A DNA stretch of 64,000 nucleotides, from assembly GCA_943372645.1 (NCBI GenBank), contig CALRZN010000005.1, positions 202,057 to 266,056 on the forward strand. The letters are read 5' to 3'. The notes beneath the pieces are model-generated. The model was not told the DNA's origin, ran no database searches, and saw only the letters and a program-made list of their open reading frames with translations. Made by a program: the position numbers and the translations under genes. How positions within the stretch are numbered: position 1 is the stretch's first letter; the number at the start of each line of letters is the position of its first letter. The DNA comes from Chitinophaga pinensis (lineage in GTDB: Bacteria > Bacteroidota > Bacteroidia > Palsa-965). This document shows positions 39,277-48,345 of this stretch, piece by piece.

Positions 39277-40524
39277 ATGCTCTTTTTTACACTCCTCGGC
39301 GAAAGTTTCCGTTTTGCGATGCACGCGCTTCGCACCAACCGGCTGCGTACGATGCTCTCGCTGCTGGGGGTTACTATCGGCATTTTTTCCATCATCGCTG
39401 TTTTTTCGTTTGTCGATTCCATCGAATCAAAAGTAAAGGGCAGCGTTCAGTCGCTTGGCGATGATGTGATCTTCGTCCAGAAATGGCCGTGGAGTTTCGA
39501 CCCGGAGCAGCCCTGGTGGCGTTACATGTTGCGCCCGGTTCCGCAGTTTGATGAACTGGAAGAAGTGCAGCGCCGCACCACCATGGCTTCGGCAAGCGCG
39601 TTTGTGGTGCATACCCGCAAAACTATTTACCGCGAAAGTTCCATGGTTGAAAATGCGCAGGTGCTTGCCGCCTCGCACAGCTGGCAGGATGTAAAAACAT
39701 TTGAAATTGAAAATGGCCGCTACTTTGCCGAAATGGAATCGGCCACCGGCAGACCTGTTGTTATACTCGGTGCGGTCATTGCACAGGCCCTGTTTCCTTC
39801 CACCGATCCGCTCGGGCAGAATGTAAAAGTGTTCGGACGCAAACTGCAGGTGATCGGCGTATTTAAAAAAGAAGGCGAAAGCATGTTCGGCAACAGCCTC
39901 GACGGGCAGGTGGTTATCCCGGTTCGTTTTGCGCGCACCGTGATGGATGTAAACAGCGAAATGCTCGATCCGTTCATCATGGTTAAAGCAAAGCCCGGCG
40001 TTACCAATGCCGATCTTATTGATGAACTGGCCGGTGTAATGCGTTCCGTACGCAAACTGAAACCGGAAGCCGAAGACAATTTTGCGCTGAATGAAACAAG
40101 CATGATTTCCTCCCAGACCGAGGTGATGTTTGATTCACTTGGCACGTTTGGGTTATTCATCGGTATCTTCTCCCTGCTGGTAGGTGGTTTTGGAATTGCC
40201 AACATCATGTTTGTATCAGTGCGTGAACGAACCGGGCAAATCGGTATCCAGAAATCGCTCGGCGCCAAAGGCTGGTTTATCCTCATGCAGTTCCTCAGCG
40301 AATCGGTGGTGCTGTGTATGCTCGGCGGGGTTATCGGCGTTTTCCTGGTGTGGATCGGCTCGCTTATTTTGTTTTATACCATCGAGGTTGATCTCGCACT
40401 CAGCCTGTCGAATATTGTGCTGGCACTTACCATGTCAACGCTCATCGGTATTATTTCCGGATTTATTCCATCCTATTCCGCCTCGCAGCTCGATCCGGTG
40501 GATGCCATACGAACCAATATCTGA
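39277..40524 (+). CDS. FtsX/MacB-like ABC transporter permease (no adjacent ATPase)
   Basis: N-terminal TM, large periplasmic domain and C-terminal 3-TM FtsX module. Confidence 0.85.
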   Translation: MLFFTLLGESFRFAMHALRTNRLRTMLSLLGVTIGIFSIIAVFSFVDSIESKVKGSVQSLGDDVIFVQKWPWSFDPEQPWWRYMLRPVPQFDELEEVQRRTTMASASAFVVHTRKTIYRESSMVENAQVLAASHSWQDVKTFEIENGRYFAEMESATGRPVVILGAVIAQALFPSTDPLGQNVKVFGRKLQVIGVFKKEGESMFGNSLDGQVVIPVRFARTVMDVNSEMLDPFIMVKAKPGVTNADLIDELAGVMRSVRKLKPEAEDNFALNETSMISSQTEVMFDSLGTFGLFIGIFSLLVGGFGIANIMFVSVRERTGQIGIQKSLGAKGWFILMQFLSESVVLCMLGGVIGVFLVWIGSLILFYTIEVDLALSLSNIVLALTMSTLIGIISGFIPSYSASQLDPVDAIRTNI

Positions 40525-40527
40525 TCC

Positions 40528-40875
40528 ATGGCCCTCGCAAAAACACGGAAACGACCGGTACTGCTCTCCATTGTAACCATCATGGGTTTCATCTTCACGG
40601 TGTTCCAGTTTGGTATTATGATGATGCCTTCCATCCGCAAAGTGGGTTTGTTTGCGCCGGCGCTCTATGGCCTGCTGGTTACCATTACCTTCATTGCACT
40701 CATTGGTATCTGGCACATGAAACGCTGGGGCGTGGAAATGCTGCTGTACGTGGCATTCGCCAAAATAATTTACCTCAGCCTGATAGATGAACTGGGCGCG
40801 CCGGGCATTTTGTTCCTTGTTATTCTCGTTGCAGGAACGCTGCCGTTTTACAAGCGGATGGATCGGAATTTGTAA
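40528..40875 (+). CDS. Small 4-TM membrane protein, hypothetical
   Basis: Starts 3 nt after the permease stop. Hydrophobic. Confidence 0.4.
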   Translation: MALAKTRKRPVLLSIVTIMGFIFTVFQFGIMMMPSIRKVGLFAPALYGLLVTITFIALIGIWHMKRWGVEMLLYVAFAKIIYLSLIDELGAPGILFLVILVAGTLPFYKRMDRNL

Positions 40876-40878
40876 ATC

Positions 40879-43800
40879 CTACCCCACAATCCCCCGCAAC
40901 CGCTCAATCGCCGAATTCACATCCGTAATGTTTTCATACGTGAGCGAAAGTTTGTTGTTGTGCTCTTTCATCTTTGCGGCGCGTGGATTGGCCTGGATGT
41001 AGTGCAGCACGCGGGTGAAGGCTTCCGACTGGTAGTACGGCGACTGCTGGTTGGTTACAAAATGTGCAATGAGTTTGCCGTTTTTCAGAATGATTTTTTC
41101 AAAACCGATTTCCATGCCTAACCAACGCAGGCGCACGGTGTCAATGAGTTCCGTAACCTGTGCGGGTATCGGGCCGAAACGGTCGCGCATCATACTTTCA
41201 AACCGGTTGAGGTCTTCGTCGGTTTCGCTGTCGTCGAGCTGGCGGTAGAGTGAGAGGCGTTCGGTGATGTTGTTCACATATTCATCCGGCATCAATATTT
41301 CAAGATCGGTATCAATCTGCGTATCGCGCACATACACACCGGTGTGTTTGGTATGACTATCCGGTTTGCGCGAACGTTGCAGTTGTTCTTCTTCGGCAAA
41401 CAAATCCTTGAACTCGGTTTCTTTCAGTTCCTGTATCGCTTCGTCCAGGATTTTCTGGTACATGTCAAAACCAATATCGCTGATAAAGCCGCTCTGTTCA
41501 CCGCCCAGCAGGTTGCCCGCGCCACGAATATCCAGGTCGCGCATGGCCACGTGAAAACCGCTGCCTAAATCACTCAGTTCTTCAATCGCTTTCAGTCGCT
41601 TTTGTGCTTCCGAAGTAAGCAGCGACATCGACGGTGTGATGAGGTAACAAAATGCTTTTTTGTTCGAACGCCCCACGCGCCCGCGCATCTGGTGCAGGTC
41701 GCTGAGCCCGAACATGTGCGCATCGTTTATAATAATCGTGTTCGCGTTGCCGATGTCTAATCCCGATTCGATGATCGTTGTTGCAACCAGCACATCAAAT
41801 TCCCCTTCCACAAAACCAAGCATCGTTTCTTCCAGCTTGTGGCCACTCATCTGTCCGTGCCCCATTGCTACGCGCACATCCGGACACAGACGCGTAATCA
41901 TGCCCGCAATTTCGGGCAGCGACTGCACGCGGTTGTGTACCACGAACACCTGTCCGCCGCGCTGCACTTCGTACATAATCGCATCGCGGAAAAGTTCTTC
42001 ATTAAAGGTATGTAGCTCCGTCTGTACCGGGTAACGGTTCGCGGGCGGTGTGTTGATCACACTCAGGTCGCGGGCACTCATCAGCGAAAACTGCAGCGTG
42101 CGCGGAATGGGCGTGGCGGTAAGCGTAAGCGTATCTACTTCAGTCTTCAGCGTTTTCAGTTTATCTTTTACGGCAACACCAAACTTCTGTTCTTCATCAA
42201 TAATCAGCAGGCCGAGGTCTTTGAACTTTACATCCTTGCTCACCAGCGTGTGTGTGCCGATGAGTACATCAATTTTTCCCTGCGCTAATTTTTCGAGCAC
42301 TTCTTTTTTCTCTTTGCCTGTGCGGAAACGGTTGAGGTAATCCACTTTTGCCGGGAAGAGTTTGTAGCGTTCGCTGAATGTTTTGTAATGTTGCAACGCC
42401 AGCACCGTGGTGGGCACAAGAATCGCCACCTGTTTGTTGTCGCACACCGCTTTAAATGCGGCACGTATAGCCACTTCTGTTTTTCCGAAACCCACATCGC
42501 CGCACACGAGGCGATCCATCGGGAAATCGTTTTCCATGTCGCGCTTCACATCCTGCGTGGCTTTCAACTGATCAGGCGTGTCTTCGTAAATAAACGATGC
42601 TTCCAGTTCGTGCTGCAGGTAATTGTCGGGCGCATATTTAAAACCCTTCATCGCGCGGCGTTTGGCGTAGAGCTGAATCAGATCGTACGCAATTTCTTTC
42701 ACCTTGCGTTTCGTTTTCTGTTTCAGATTCTGCCACGAGTTGGAACCGAGTTTGTCAATTTTCGGAACCTGGCCTTCTTTGCCGGCGTATTTCGAAATGC
42801 GGTGCAGCGAGTGAATGCTCACGTACAGCACATCGTTATCACGATAAACAAGTTTAACGGCCTCCTGCATTTTGCCGTTCACTTCCATGCGCGAAAGCCC
42901 CGCAAAACGCCCTACGCCGTGATCGATGTGTGTAACATAATCGCCGGGATTGAGGCCGCGCAGTTCTTTCAGCGTAATCGCTTCTTTTTTGCGCTGGTAA
43001 CCGTCGCGCAGGCGGAAGCGGTGATAACGCTCAAACACCTGGTGATCCGTGTAACAGGCCAGTTTCAGGCGTTTGTCAATAAACCCTTCGTGCATCGAAA
43101 GCACGAGCGGCGTAAAATTAAACTTGCGCCCGATGTCTTCGAAAATGGTATAAAAACGTTCCACCTGTTTCGGTGAATCGGCAAAAATCATCACTTTGTA
43201 TCCGTCGCTGTCGTTCTGCGCCAGTTGCTGTGTAAGCAGGTTGAAATTTTTCTGGAAAACAGGCTGCGGTTGTGTATCGTAATTGATTTCTTCGGCATCG
43301 TTCAGCAAAAAACGATTGCCAAATTCGATGATGGAAAAATCAAGCAACTGTTTGCGGAACGTTGCACCGCTTATTACAATTTCATCAGGGGGAAGGCGGC
43401 GGATGAGGCTTCCGGCCACTTCGGTTTCAAATATTTTTACAGCCAGCTCATATTCTTTTTCAATCAGCGTTTGCGCCTGGTCCAGGTCTTTCGCCCACAC
43501 GGCGTGATTGCCTTTGCCCACCTGCTGCAGGTATTCGAAAAACGATTCGCGGCTTTCGGCAAACATTTTTCCCTGCACGTTCGGGATGATGTTTAGCGTG
43601 TCGGTTTTTTTTACCGACAACTGCGTAATCGGATCGAAGGTGCGGATGGATTCCACTTCATCGCCGAAAAATTCTACGCGGTAGGGGAGTTCGTTCGCAA
43701 ACGAAAATACGTCAATAATACCGCCGCGTATGGAAAACTGGCCGGCTTCGTACACATAATCTTCGCGCTCAAAACCGTATTCAATAAGCACATCGGTAAT

Positions 43801-44280
43801 AAACGGGATGTTTACTTTTTCGCCTTTCGTCAGTTTCAGCGTATTGGCTTCCAGCACTTTTTTTGTCACCACTTTTTCGGTGAGTGCGGCCGGGTAGGTA
43901 ACAATAATGCCCCGGTCTTCGCGCCGGATGCGGTCGAGTGTTTCGGCGCGCAGCAGCACGTTGGCATTGTCGGTTTCTTCTACCTGGTACGGTTTGCGAT
44001 ATGACGATGGAAAAAACAACACCGGCAGAATGTGTTCCGGGGTTTCTTCCTGCATTAAATTTTCAAGATCATTCAGGAAATACGCGGCTTCTTCTTTATC
44101 GCCAAGAATAAAAAGATGGAAACCCGGAAACGTTTGTGCGACCGAAAAGGCCGTAAAACTCCCTGCCGATCCGCTCAGGTGACGCAACTGCAAACGGGCT
44201 TTCCCATGTTGCAGCCGATCAGCGATCAGCGCCGTATGCGCGTCTCCGAGAAACGCCGCTTTAATTTCGTTCAGGTTCAT
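40879..44280 (-). CDS. mfd: Transcription-repair coupling factor
   Basis: 1133 aa with UvrB-homology, RNAP-interaction, DEAH helicase (FGKTEV...DEEQKFG) and TRG motifs. Confidence 0.95.
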   Translation of the reverse strand: MNLNEIKAAFLGDAHTALIADRLQHGKARLQLRHLSGSAGSFTAFSVAQTFPGFHLFILGDKEEAAYFLNDLENLMQEETPEHILPVLFFPSSYRKPYQVEETDNANVLLRAETLDRIRREDRGIIVTYPAALTEKVVTKKVLEANTLKLTKGEKVNIPFITDVLIEYGFEREDYVYEAGQFSIRGGIIDVFSFANELPYRVEFFGDEVESIRTFDPITQLSVKKTDTLNIIPNVQGKMFAESRESFFEYLQQVGKGNHAVWAKDLDQAQTLIEKEYELAVKIFETEVAGSLIRRLPPDEIVISGATFRKQLLDFSIIEFGNRFLLNDAEEINYDTQPQPVFQKNFNLLTQQLAQNDSDGYKVMIFADSPKQVERFYTIFEDIGRKFNFTPLVLSMHEGFIDKRLKLACYTDHQVFERYHRFRLRDGYQRKKEAITLKELRGLNPGDYVTHIDHGVGRFAGLSRMEVNGKMQEAVKLVYRDNDVLYVSIHSLHRISKYAGKEGQVPKIDKLGSNSWQNLKQKTKRKVKEIAYDLIQLYAKRRAMKGFKYAPDNYLQHELEASFIYEDTPDQLKATQDVKRDMENDFPMDRLVCGDVGFGKTEVAIRAAFKAVCDNKQVAILVPTTVLALQHYKTFSERYKLFPAKVDYLNRFRTGKEKKEVLEKLAQGKIDVLIGTHTLVSKDVKFKDLGLLIIDEEQKFGVAVKDKLKTLKTEVDTLTLTATPIPRTLQFSLMSARDLSVINTPPANRYPVQTELHTFNEELFRDAIMYEVQRGGQVFVVHNRVQSLPEIAGMITRLCPDVRVAMGHGQMSGHKLEETMLGFVEGEFDVLVATTIIESGLDIGNANTIIINDAHMFGLSDLHQMRGRVGRSNKKAFCYLITPSMSLLTSEAQKRLKAIEELSDLGSGFHVAMRDLDIRGAGNLLGGEQSGFISDIGFDMYQKILDEAIQELKETEFKDLFAEEEQLQRSRKPDSHTKHTGVYVRDTQIDTDLEILMPDEYVNNITERLSLYRQLDDSETDEDLNRFESMMRDRFGPIPAQVTELIDTVRLRWLGMEIGFEKIILKNGKLIAHFVTNQQSPYYQSEAFTRVLHYIQANPRAAKMKEHNNKLSLTYENITDVNSAIERLRGIVG

Positions 44281-44305
44281 CGGAAGGCGGCAAAGATACG
44301 GTTAA

Positions 44306-44390
44306 ATGGACTATGGACAATGGGCAATGGCTAATGGGGGAAATGCAGCAAATAAAATTCCATTAGCCATTGTCCATTGCCCATTAGCCC
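44306..44390. repeat. Palindromic repeat element R3 (TGG periodic unit) occupying the divergent mfd/SRAP promoter region
   Basis: Arms atggactatggacaatgggcaatggctaatggg / ccattagccattgtccattgcccattagccc separated by a 20-nt AT-rich loop. Confidence 0.6.
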
Positions 44391-44403
44391 TTAATTTTGA
44401 AAA

Positions 44404-45123
44404 ATGTGCTTCAACGTCGCCACCCAAACCCCGCCCGCAAAACTGAAAGAGCAGTTTGACCTGGACGAAGTGGTGCTGCCCGACTGGGAGCCGCATTATT
44501 CGCTTACCGCGTTTACGTATCCGCAGGTGCCGGTTATACTCAGCGAAGCACCGCGCAAACTGCAGGAGGTTTCGTGGGGACTTATTCCGTACTGGGTTAC
44601 CACGCAGCAGCAGGCCAAAGAAATCCGTTCGTACACGCTGAATGCAAAATCGGAAACGGTGTTTGAAAAACCTTCGTTTCGTGCGTCGGTGTTGCCGCGG
44701 CGCTGCATCTTGCCGGTGGATGGTTTTTTTGAATGGTATGCCGCGGGCGGGAAGAAGTTTCCGTATTTCATCCGCGCACAAAACAAACAGCCTTTTGCAT
44801 TAGCCGGCATTTACGACCGCTGGGTGAATACCGATACCGGCGAAATTCATTCCGGCTTTTCCTTGCTCACCACGGCCGCCAACCCGCTGCTGGCGCGCAT
44901 ACACAACAGCAAACAGCGGCAGCCGCTCATCATGCATACGGATACGGCAAAGGCATGGCTCTCACCCAAACTCACACGCCTCGAAGCAGAATCGTTGTTC
45001 CAGGTTTTTCCCGAAGAAGAACTCGAAGCATTCACCGTTTCCAAATTAGTGAACCAGCACGTAAACAGCCCGGAGGTGCAGCAGCCGTATGATTATCCGG
45101 AGTTAGGGCTTATGTTGTTCTGA
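44404..45123 (+). CDS. SOS-response-associated peptidase (SRAP/YedK, abasic-site processing protein)
   Basis: MC... N-terminus (catalytic Cys2) and a DUF159 fold. Confidence 0.8.
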   Translation: MCFNVATQTPPAKLKEQFDLDEVVLPDWEPHYSLTAFTYPQVPVILSEAPRKLQEVSWGLIPYWVTTQQQAKEIRSYTLNAKSETVFEKPSFRASVLPRRCILPVDGFFEWYAAGGKKFPYFIRAQNKQPFALAGIYDRWVNTDTGEIHSGFSLLTTAANPLLARIHNSKQRQPLIMHTDTAKAWLSPKLTRLEAESLFQVFPEEELEAFTVSKLVNQHVNSPEVQQPYDYPELGLMLF

Positions 45124-45177
45124 TCGTATAAAATGTATCGCATTTCAATACGTGTTTCTATAAAATAGTTATCGGAT

Positions 45178-45264
45178 TAGTGGCAGTGGCAGTTGGCAGT
45201 GGCAGTCTCCTTCGACTATCGCTCAGGATGACTGCCCGTGAAAACAACTGCCACTGCCACTTGT
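45178..45264. repeat. Palindromic repeat element R4 (GGCAGT-unit), paralogue of R2
   Basis: Its left arm ttagtggcagtggcagttggcagtggcagtc is identical over 31 nt to the reverse complement of 27406-27436. The right arm caactgccactgccact is shorter. Confidence 0.65.
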
Positions 45265-45381
45265 TGCATGTTCTATTTTACAGATTCATTTTAAACGTAG
45301 AAGCTATTTTAAACGTTCTGTTTTAGGGTCTTACTACGGATAACAGAAACTTCCTAACTTTGCCTTTCAAAATAAAGAACT

Positions 45382-45825
45382 ATGTATTATTTAAACGCTA
45401 TACATTCCTCGCTGCGCTGGGTGCTGCTTATCATCCTGCTCATTTCCATTGCACAGGCTTTTTCGGGCTGGTTCGGGAAAAAAGAATTTACCCCGCAGTT
45501 CCGCAAATCGGTGCTGTACACGGTAATTATCACGCACCTGCAGTTTGTGCTCGGCCTCGTGATGTATTTCATGAGCGGGTTTGTGGATTTTAACATGAGC
45601 GTTTCCATGAAAAATCCGGTTACCCGTTTCTTCACGGTCGAACACATTGCCATGATGGTGGTTGCAATTGTACTCATCACATTAGGCAGCGCGCTTTCGA
45701 AACGTGGCAAAACCGACGAAGCGAAATACAAACGTGTGGCGATTTTCTTCACCCTCGCGTTAATCCTCATTCTTGCTGCTATTCCCTGGCCCTTCCGTGA
45801 AGCGCTTGGCCGTAACTGGTTCTAG
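45382..45825 (+). CDS. Hypothetical 4-TM membrane protein
   Basis: Hydrophobic, immediately upstream of a cytochrome c gene. Confidence 0.45.
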   Translation: MYYLNAIHSSLRWVLLIILLISIAQAFSGWFGKKEFTPQFRKSVLYTVIITHLQFVLGLVMYFMSGFVDFNMSVSMKNPVTRFFTVEHIAMMVVAIVLITLGSALSKRGKTDEAKYKRVAIFFTLALILILAAIPWPFREALGRNWF

Positions 45826-45838
45826 TAACGTAAAGCCC

Positions 45839-46165
45839 ATGAAAAAGCACCTCTTTTTTATTCCTGTTTTACTGTTGGCTGTGGCCTGTTCATCACCGAA
45901 AGCGCCTCCTCCCGGGGATTCGCTCGCTGCTGCGCCCGACGGGCAGGTGGTGTATGAAGACAACTGTGTGCTGTGCCACGGCGGCGATGGTTCGCGCGGT
46001 ACAGGCGGGGCAACCGACCTGGCCACCAGCGTACTCGATCATGGCGGACTGCTGAACGTAATTACCAACGGCCGCGCAGGCATGAAAGCATACGGTACGA
46101 TACTTACACCGGCAGAAATAGAAGCGGTTGCGGCTCATGTCGAAACCCTTCGTAAGAAAAAATAA
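45839..46165 (+). CDS. Class I c-type cytochrome (lipoprotein)
   Basis: CVLCH heme-binding motif, a distal Met, and signal peptide/lipobox LLAVAC. Start at MKKHLFF. Confidence 0.75.
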   Translation: MKKHLFFIPVLLLAVACSSPKAPPPGDSLAAAPDGQVVYEDNCVLCHGGDGSRGTGGATDLATSVLDHGGLLNVITNGRAGMKAYGTILTPAEIEAVAAHVETLRKKK

Positions 46166-46203
46166 ATCAAACTGCGTTTAATACCGGGCAGGTTATTCTT
46201 CCC

Positions 46204-46300
46204 GACAGCTAAAAACTCACGTGGTGTGCTCATTTTGCGGGAAGCAATGAGCGTTCTTTGTGACCTTTGTGTTTTGTTTATTGACACGGTTTTTAGCTGT
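46204..46300. repeat. Nested palindromic element R10 with CTTTGTG direct repeats
   Basis: cagctaaaaac...gtttttagctg outer inverted repeat, gctcatt...aatgagc inner inverted repeat, and ctttgtgacctttgtg. Shares its heptamer with the element at 16464-16577. Confidence 0.5.
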
Positions 46301-46345
46301 TGCAACTGAAATACATTCCGGATTAACGCGTAAAAAAATAACTAT

Positions 46346-47533
46346 ATGTTTGGCACCATCCGAAAAGGAGAACGCGCCATACTTGTCGGCATCATTAACC
46401 GCGAACAGGGAGCAGACCAGGTAGAGGAATACCTCGAAGAACTGGCCTTCCTGGCAGAAACAGCCGGGGCAATTCCGGTGAAACGTTTCAAACAACGCGT
46501 TGACCGCATTGATGCACGCACATTTATTGGTTCGGGAAAAATCGAACAGATCAAAAACTGGATCGAAACCGAAGGCGCAGATATGCTGATTTTTGACGAC
46601 GAACTGTCGCCATCGCAGCAACGCAATATTGAAAAAGAAGTCGGTAAAAAAGTCATTGACCGCAACCTGCTCATCCTCGACATTTTCGCGGGACGTGCAC
46701 AAACGGCCTACGCAAAAGCGCAGGTGGAACTCGCGCAGTTCCAGTACCTGCTGCCCCGCCTGGCCGGACTGTGGACCCACCTTGAACGGCAGCGCGGCGG
46801 AACCGGTACACGAAGCGGTTCGGGTGAAAAGGAAATTGAAACGGATCGCCGGAACATCCGCGACCGCATCGCTGCCCTGCGCCTGCAACTGAAAGACATT
46901 GACCGGCAGATGACCACACAGCGCCAGAACCGCGGCGAACTTATCCGCGTTTCGCTGGTGGGTTATACCAACGTGGGCAAAAGCACGCTCATGAACCTGC
47001 TGAGCAAATCAACGGTGTTTGCAGAAAACAAATTGTTTGCAACACTTGATACCACGGTGCGGAAAGTGGTGCTGGAAAATATGCCCTTCCTGCTTTCCGA
47101 TACCGTAGGATTCATCCGCAAACTGCCGCACATGCTGGTAGAGTCATTCAAATCAACACTGGATGAAGTGCGCGAGGCTGACCTGCTTATTCACGTGCTG
47201 GATATTTCGCATCCGAATTTTGAAGATCATTTTGCCGTGGTAAACGATACGCTGGCTGAAATCGGCGCAGCAAACAAACCGTTTATCCTGGTTTTCAATA
47301 AAATTGATGCGTACCGCTACGAAGAAAAAGATGCTGACGACCTGAGCCCGGTAACACGGCGTAATCTGACACTCGATCAGTTGAAAAGCAGCTGGATGAG
47401 CCGCCTCAGCGATCCGTGTGTGTTTATTTCGGCAACCGACCGCGAAAACATCGAAGAGCTGCGCAAGCTGTTATACGAACGGGTGAAGGAACTGCATGTG
47501 AAACGGTATCCGTACAACAAGTTTCTTTACTGA
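46346..47533 (+). CDS. hflX: GTPase HflX
   Basis: HflX N-domain, G1 GYTNVGKST and G4 NKID. Confidence 0.9.
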   Translation: MFGTIRKGERAILVGIINREQGADQVEEYLEELAFLAETAGAIPVKRFKQRVDRIDARTFIGSGKIEQIKNWIETEGADMLIFDDELSPSQQRNIEKEVGKKVIDRNLLILDIFAGRAQTAYAKAQVELAQFQYLLPRLAGLWTHLERQRGGTGTRSGSGEKEIETDRRNIRDRIAALRLQLKDIDRQMTTQRQNRGELIRVSLVGYTNVGKSTLMNLLSKSTVFAENKLFATLDTTVRKVVLENMPFLLSDTVGFIRKLPHMLVESFKSTLDEVREADLLIHVLDISHPNFEDHFAVVNDTLAEIGAANKPFILVFNKIDAYRYEEKDADDLSPVTRRNLTLDQLKSSWMSRLSDPCVFISATDRENIEELRKLLYERVKELHVKRYPYNKFLY

Positions 47534-47547
47534 GAAGTAAAATAACA

Positions 47548-47586
47548 AACACCCGCTGTTCCTTTTTACCGGGAGCAGCGGGTGTT
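47548..47586. terminator. Bidirectional hairpin between convergent hflX and OMP genes
   Basis: aacacccgctg...cagcgggtgtt stem. Confidence 0.45.
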
Positions 47587-48275
47587 TAATTTTCCTGCCA
47601 GATGCCGATGGAAAGATCAATGCCGATAAACGTGCTGGTGGTTTTGGTATTGCCGGTATAATTTGATTTCCCGAGAAAATAATCGCTCACCCCGTTGATG
47701 TCTGCACTGCCGATCGTCATTTTGTAATACGGCCGGAGCTGTATCATCAATTGTTCCGAGGCCGGAATCTGGATGAGCAGTTCGCCGCCGAAATTGGGTG
47801 CAAATCCGCCATCCAGCTTTTTTGCAACCACCTTGTCGCCTTCACGCACTTTAAAATTCTGAAAACCGGCGCCGCCGATTACGCCAATTCCGACATACTT
47901 CACCGGCATAAATCCGATGATGATATTGGGCGAAAACACAACGGTGCGTACATCATAATTTGCACTGAACGGATTGTATTCGGGAAGCGTGGCTGATAAA
48001 ACACTGCTGTTTACGGTGCGTGTAAAACCGAAATCCATGTACAGCATTTTTATCTTGCGTGTTACATGAAAACCGAATCCGAAGCCGCCTTTTATTTTTG
48101 TAAACGGGGTGTTTACCGCAGTGTCACGCCGGCTGCTGATCGTATCGAGCATCGTTTTCAGTTCGGGCAATTGCGCGGTATTGTAGGGAACGCTGAAACC
48201 GATATATAATGCATTTTGCGAAAATGCGGCAACAGGTAAAAGCAGCAGCAGGAAAATAAGCAGACGTTTCAGCAT
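47586..48275 (-). CDS. Outer-membrane beta-barrel (OmpA-like porin-type) protein
   Basis: Signal peptide MLKRLLIFLLLLLPVAAFSQ. 8-10 amphipathic strands and a C-terminal aromatic residue. Confidence 0.7.
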   Translation of the reverse strand: MLKRLLIFLLLLLPVAAFSQNALYIGFSVPYNTAQLPELKTMLDTISSRRDTAVNTPFTKIKGGFGFGFHVTRKIKMLYMDFGFTRTVNSSVLSATLPEYNPFSANYDVRTVVFSPNIIIGFMPVKYVGIGVIGGAGFQNFKVREGDKVVAKKLDGGFAPNFGGELLIQIPASEQLMIQLRPYYKMTIGSADINGVSDYFLGKSNYTGNTKTTSTFIGIDLSIGIWQEN

Positions 48276-48345
48276 CCACGAATGTAAGCACTGCCAATCA
48301 ATTAACAAGAGCAGATAAACAGTTTACGGGTATTCCCGTAGCCCT

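Noticed and set aside
42388-43176. 262-aa plus-strand ORF inside mfd
   Set aside because: Antisense to mfd, Phe/Val/Arg-rich and lacking any motif.
46344-46351. TAtgTTTG match overlapping the hflX start codon as a promoter
   Set aside because: The motif overlaps the ATG itself, so a transcription start downstream would delete the start codon. Judged coincidental.
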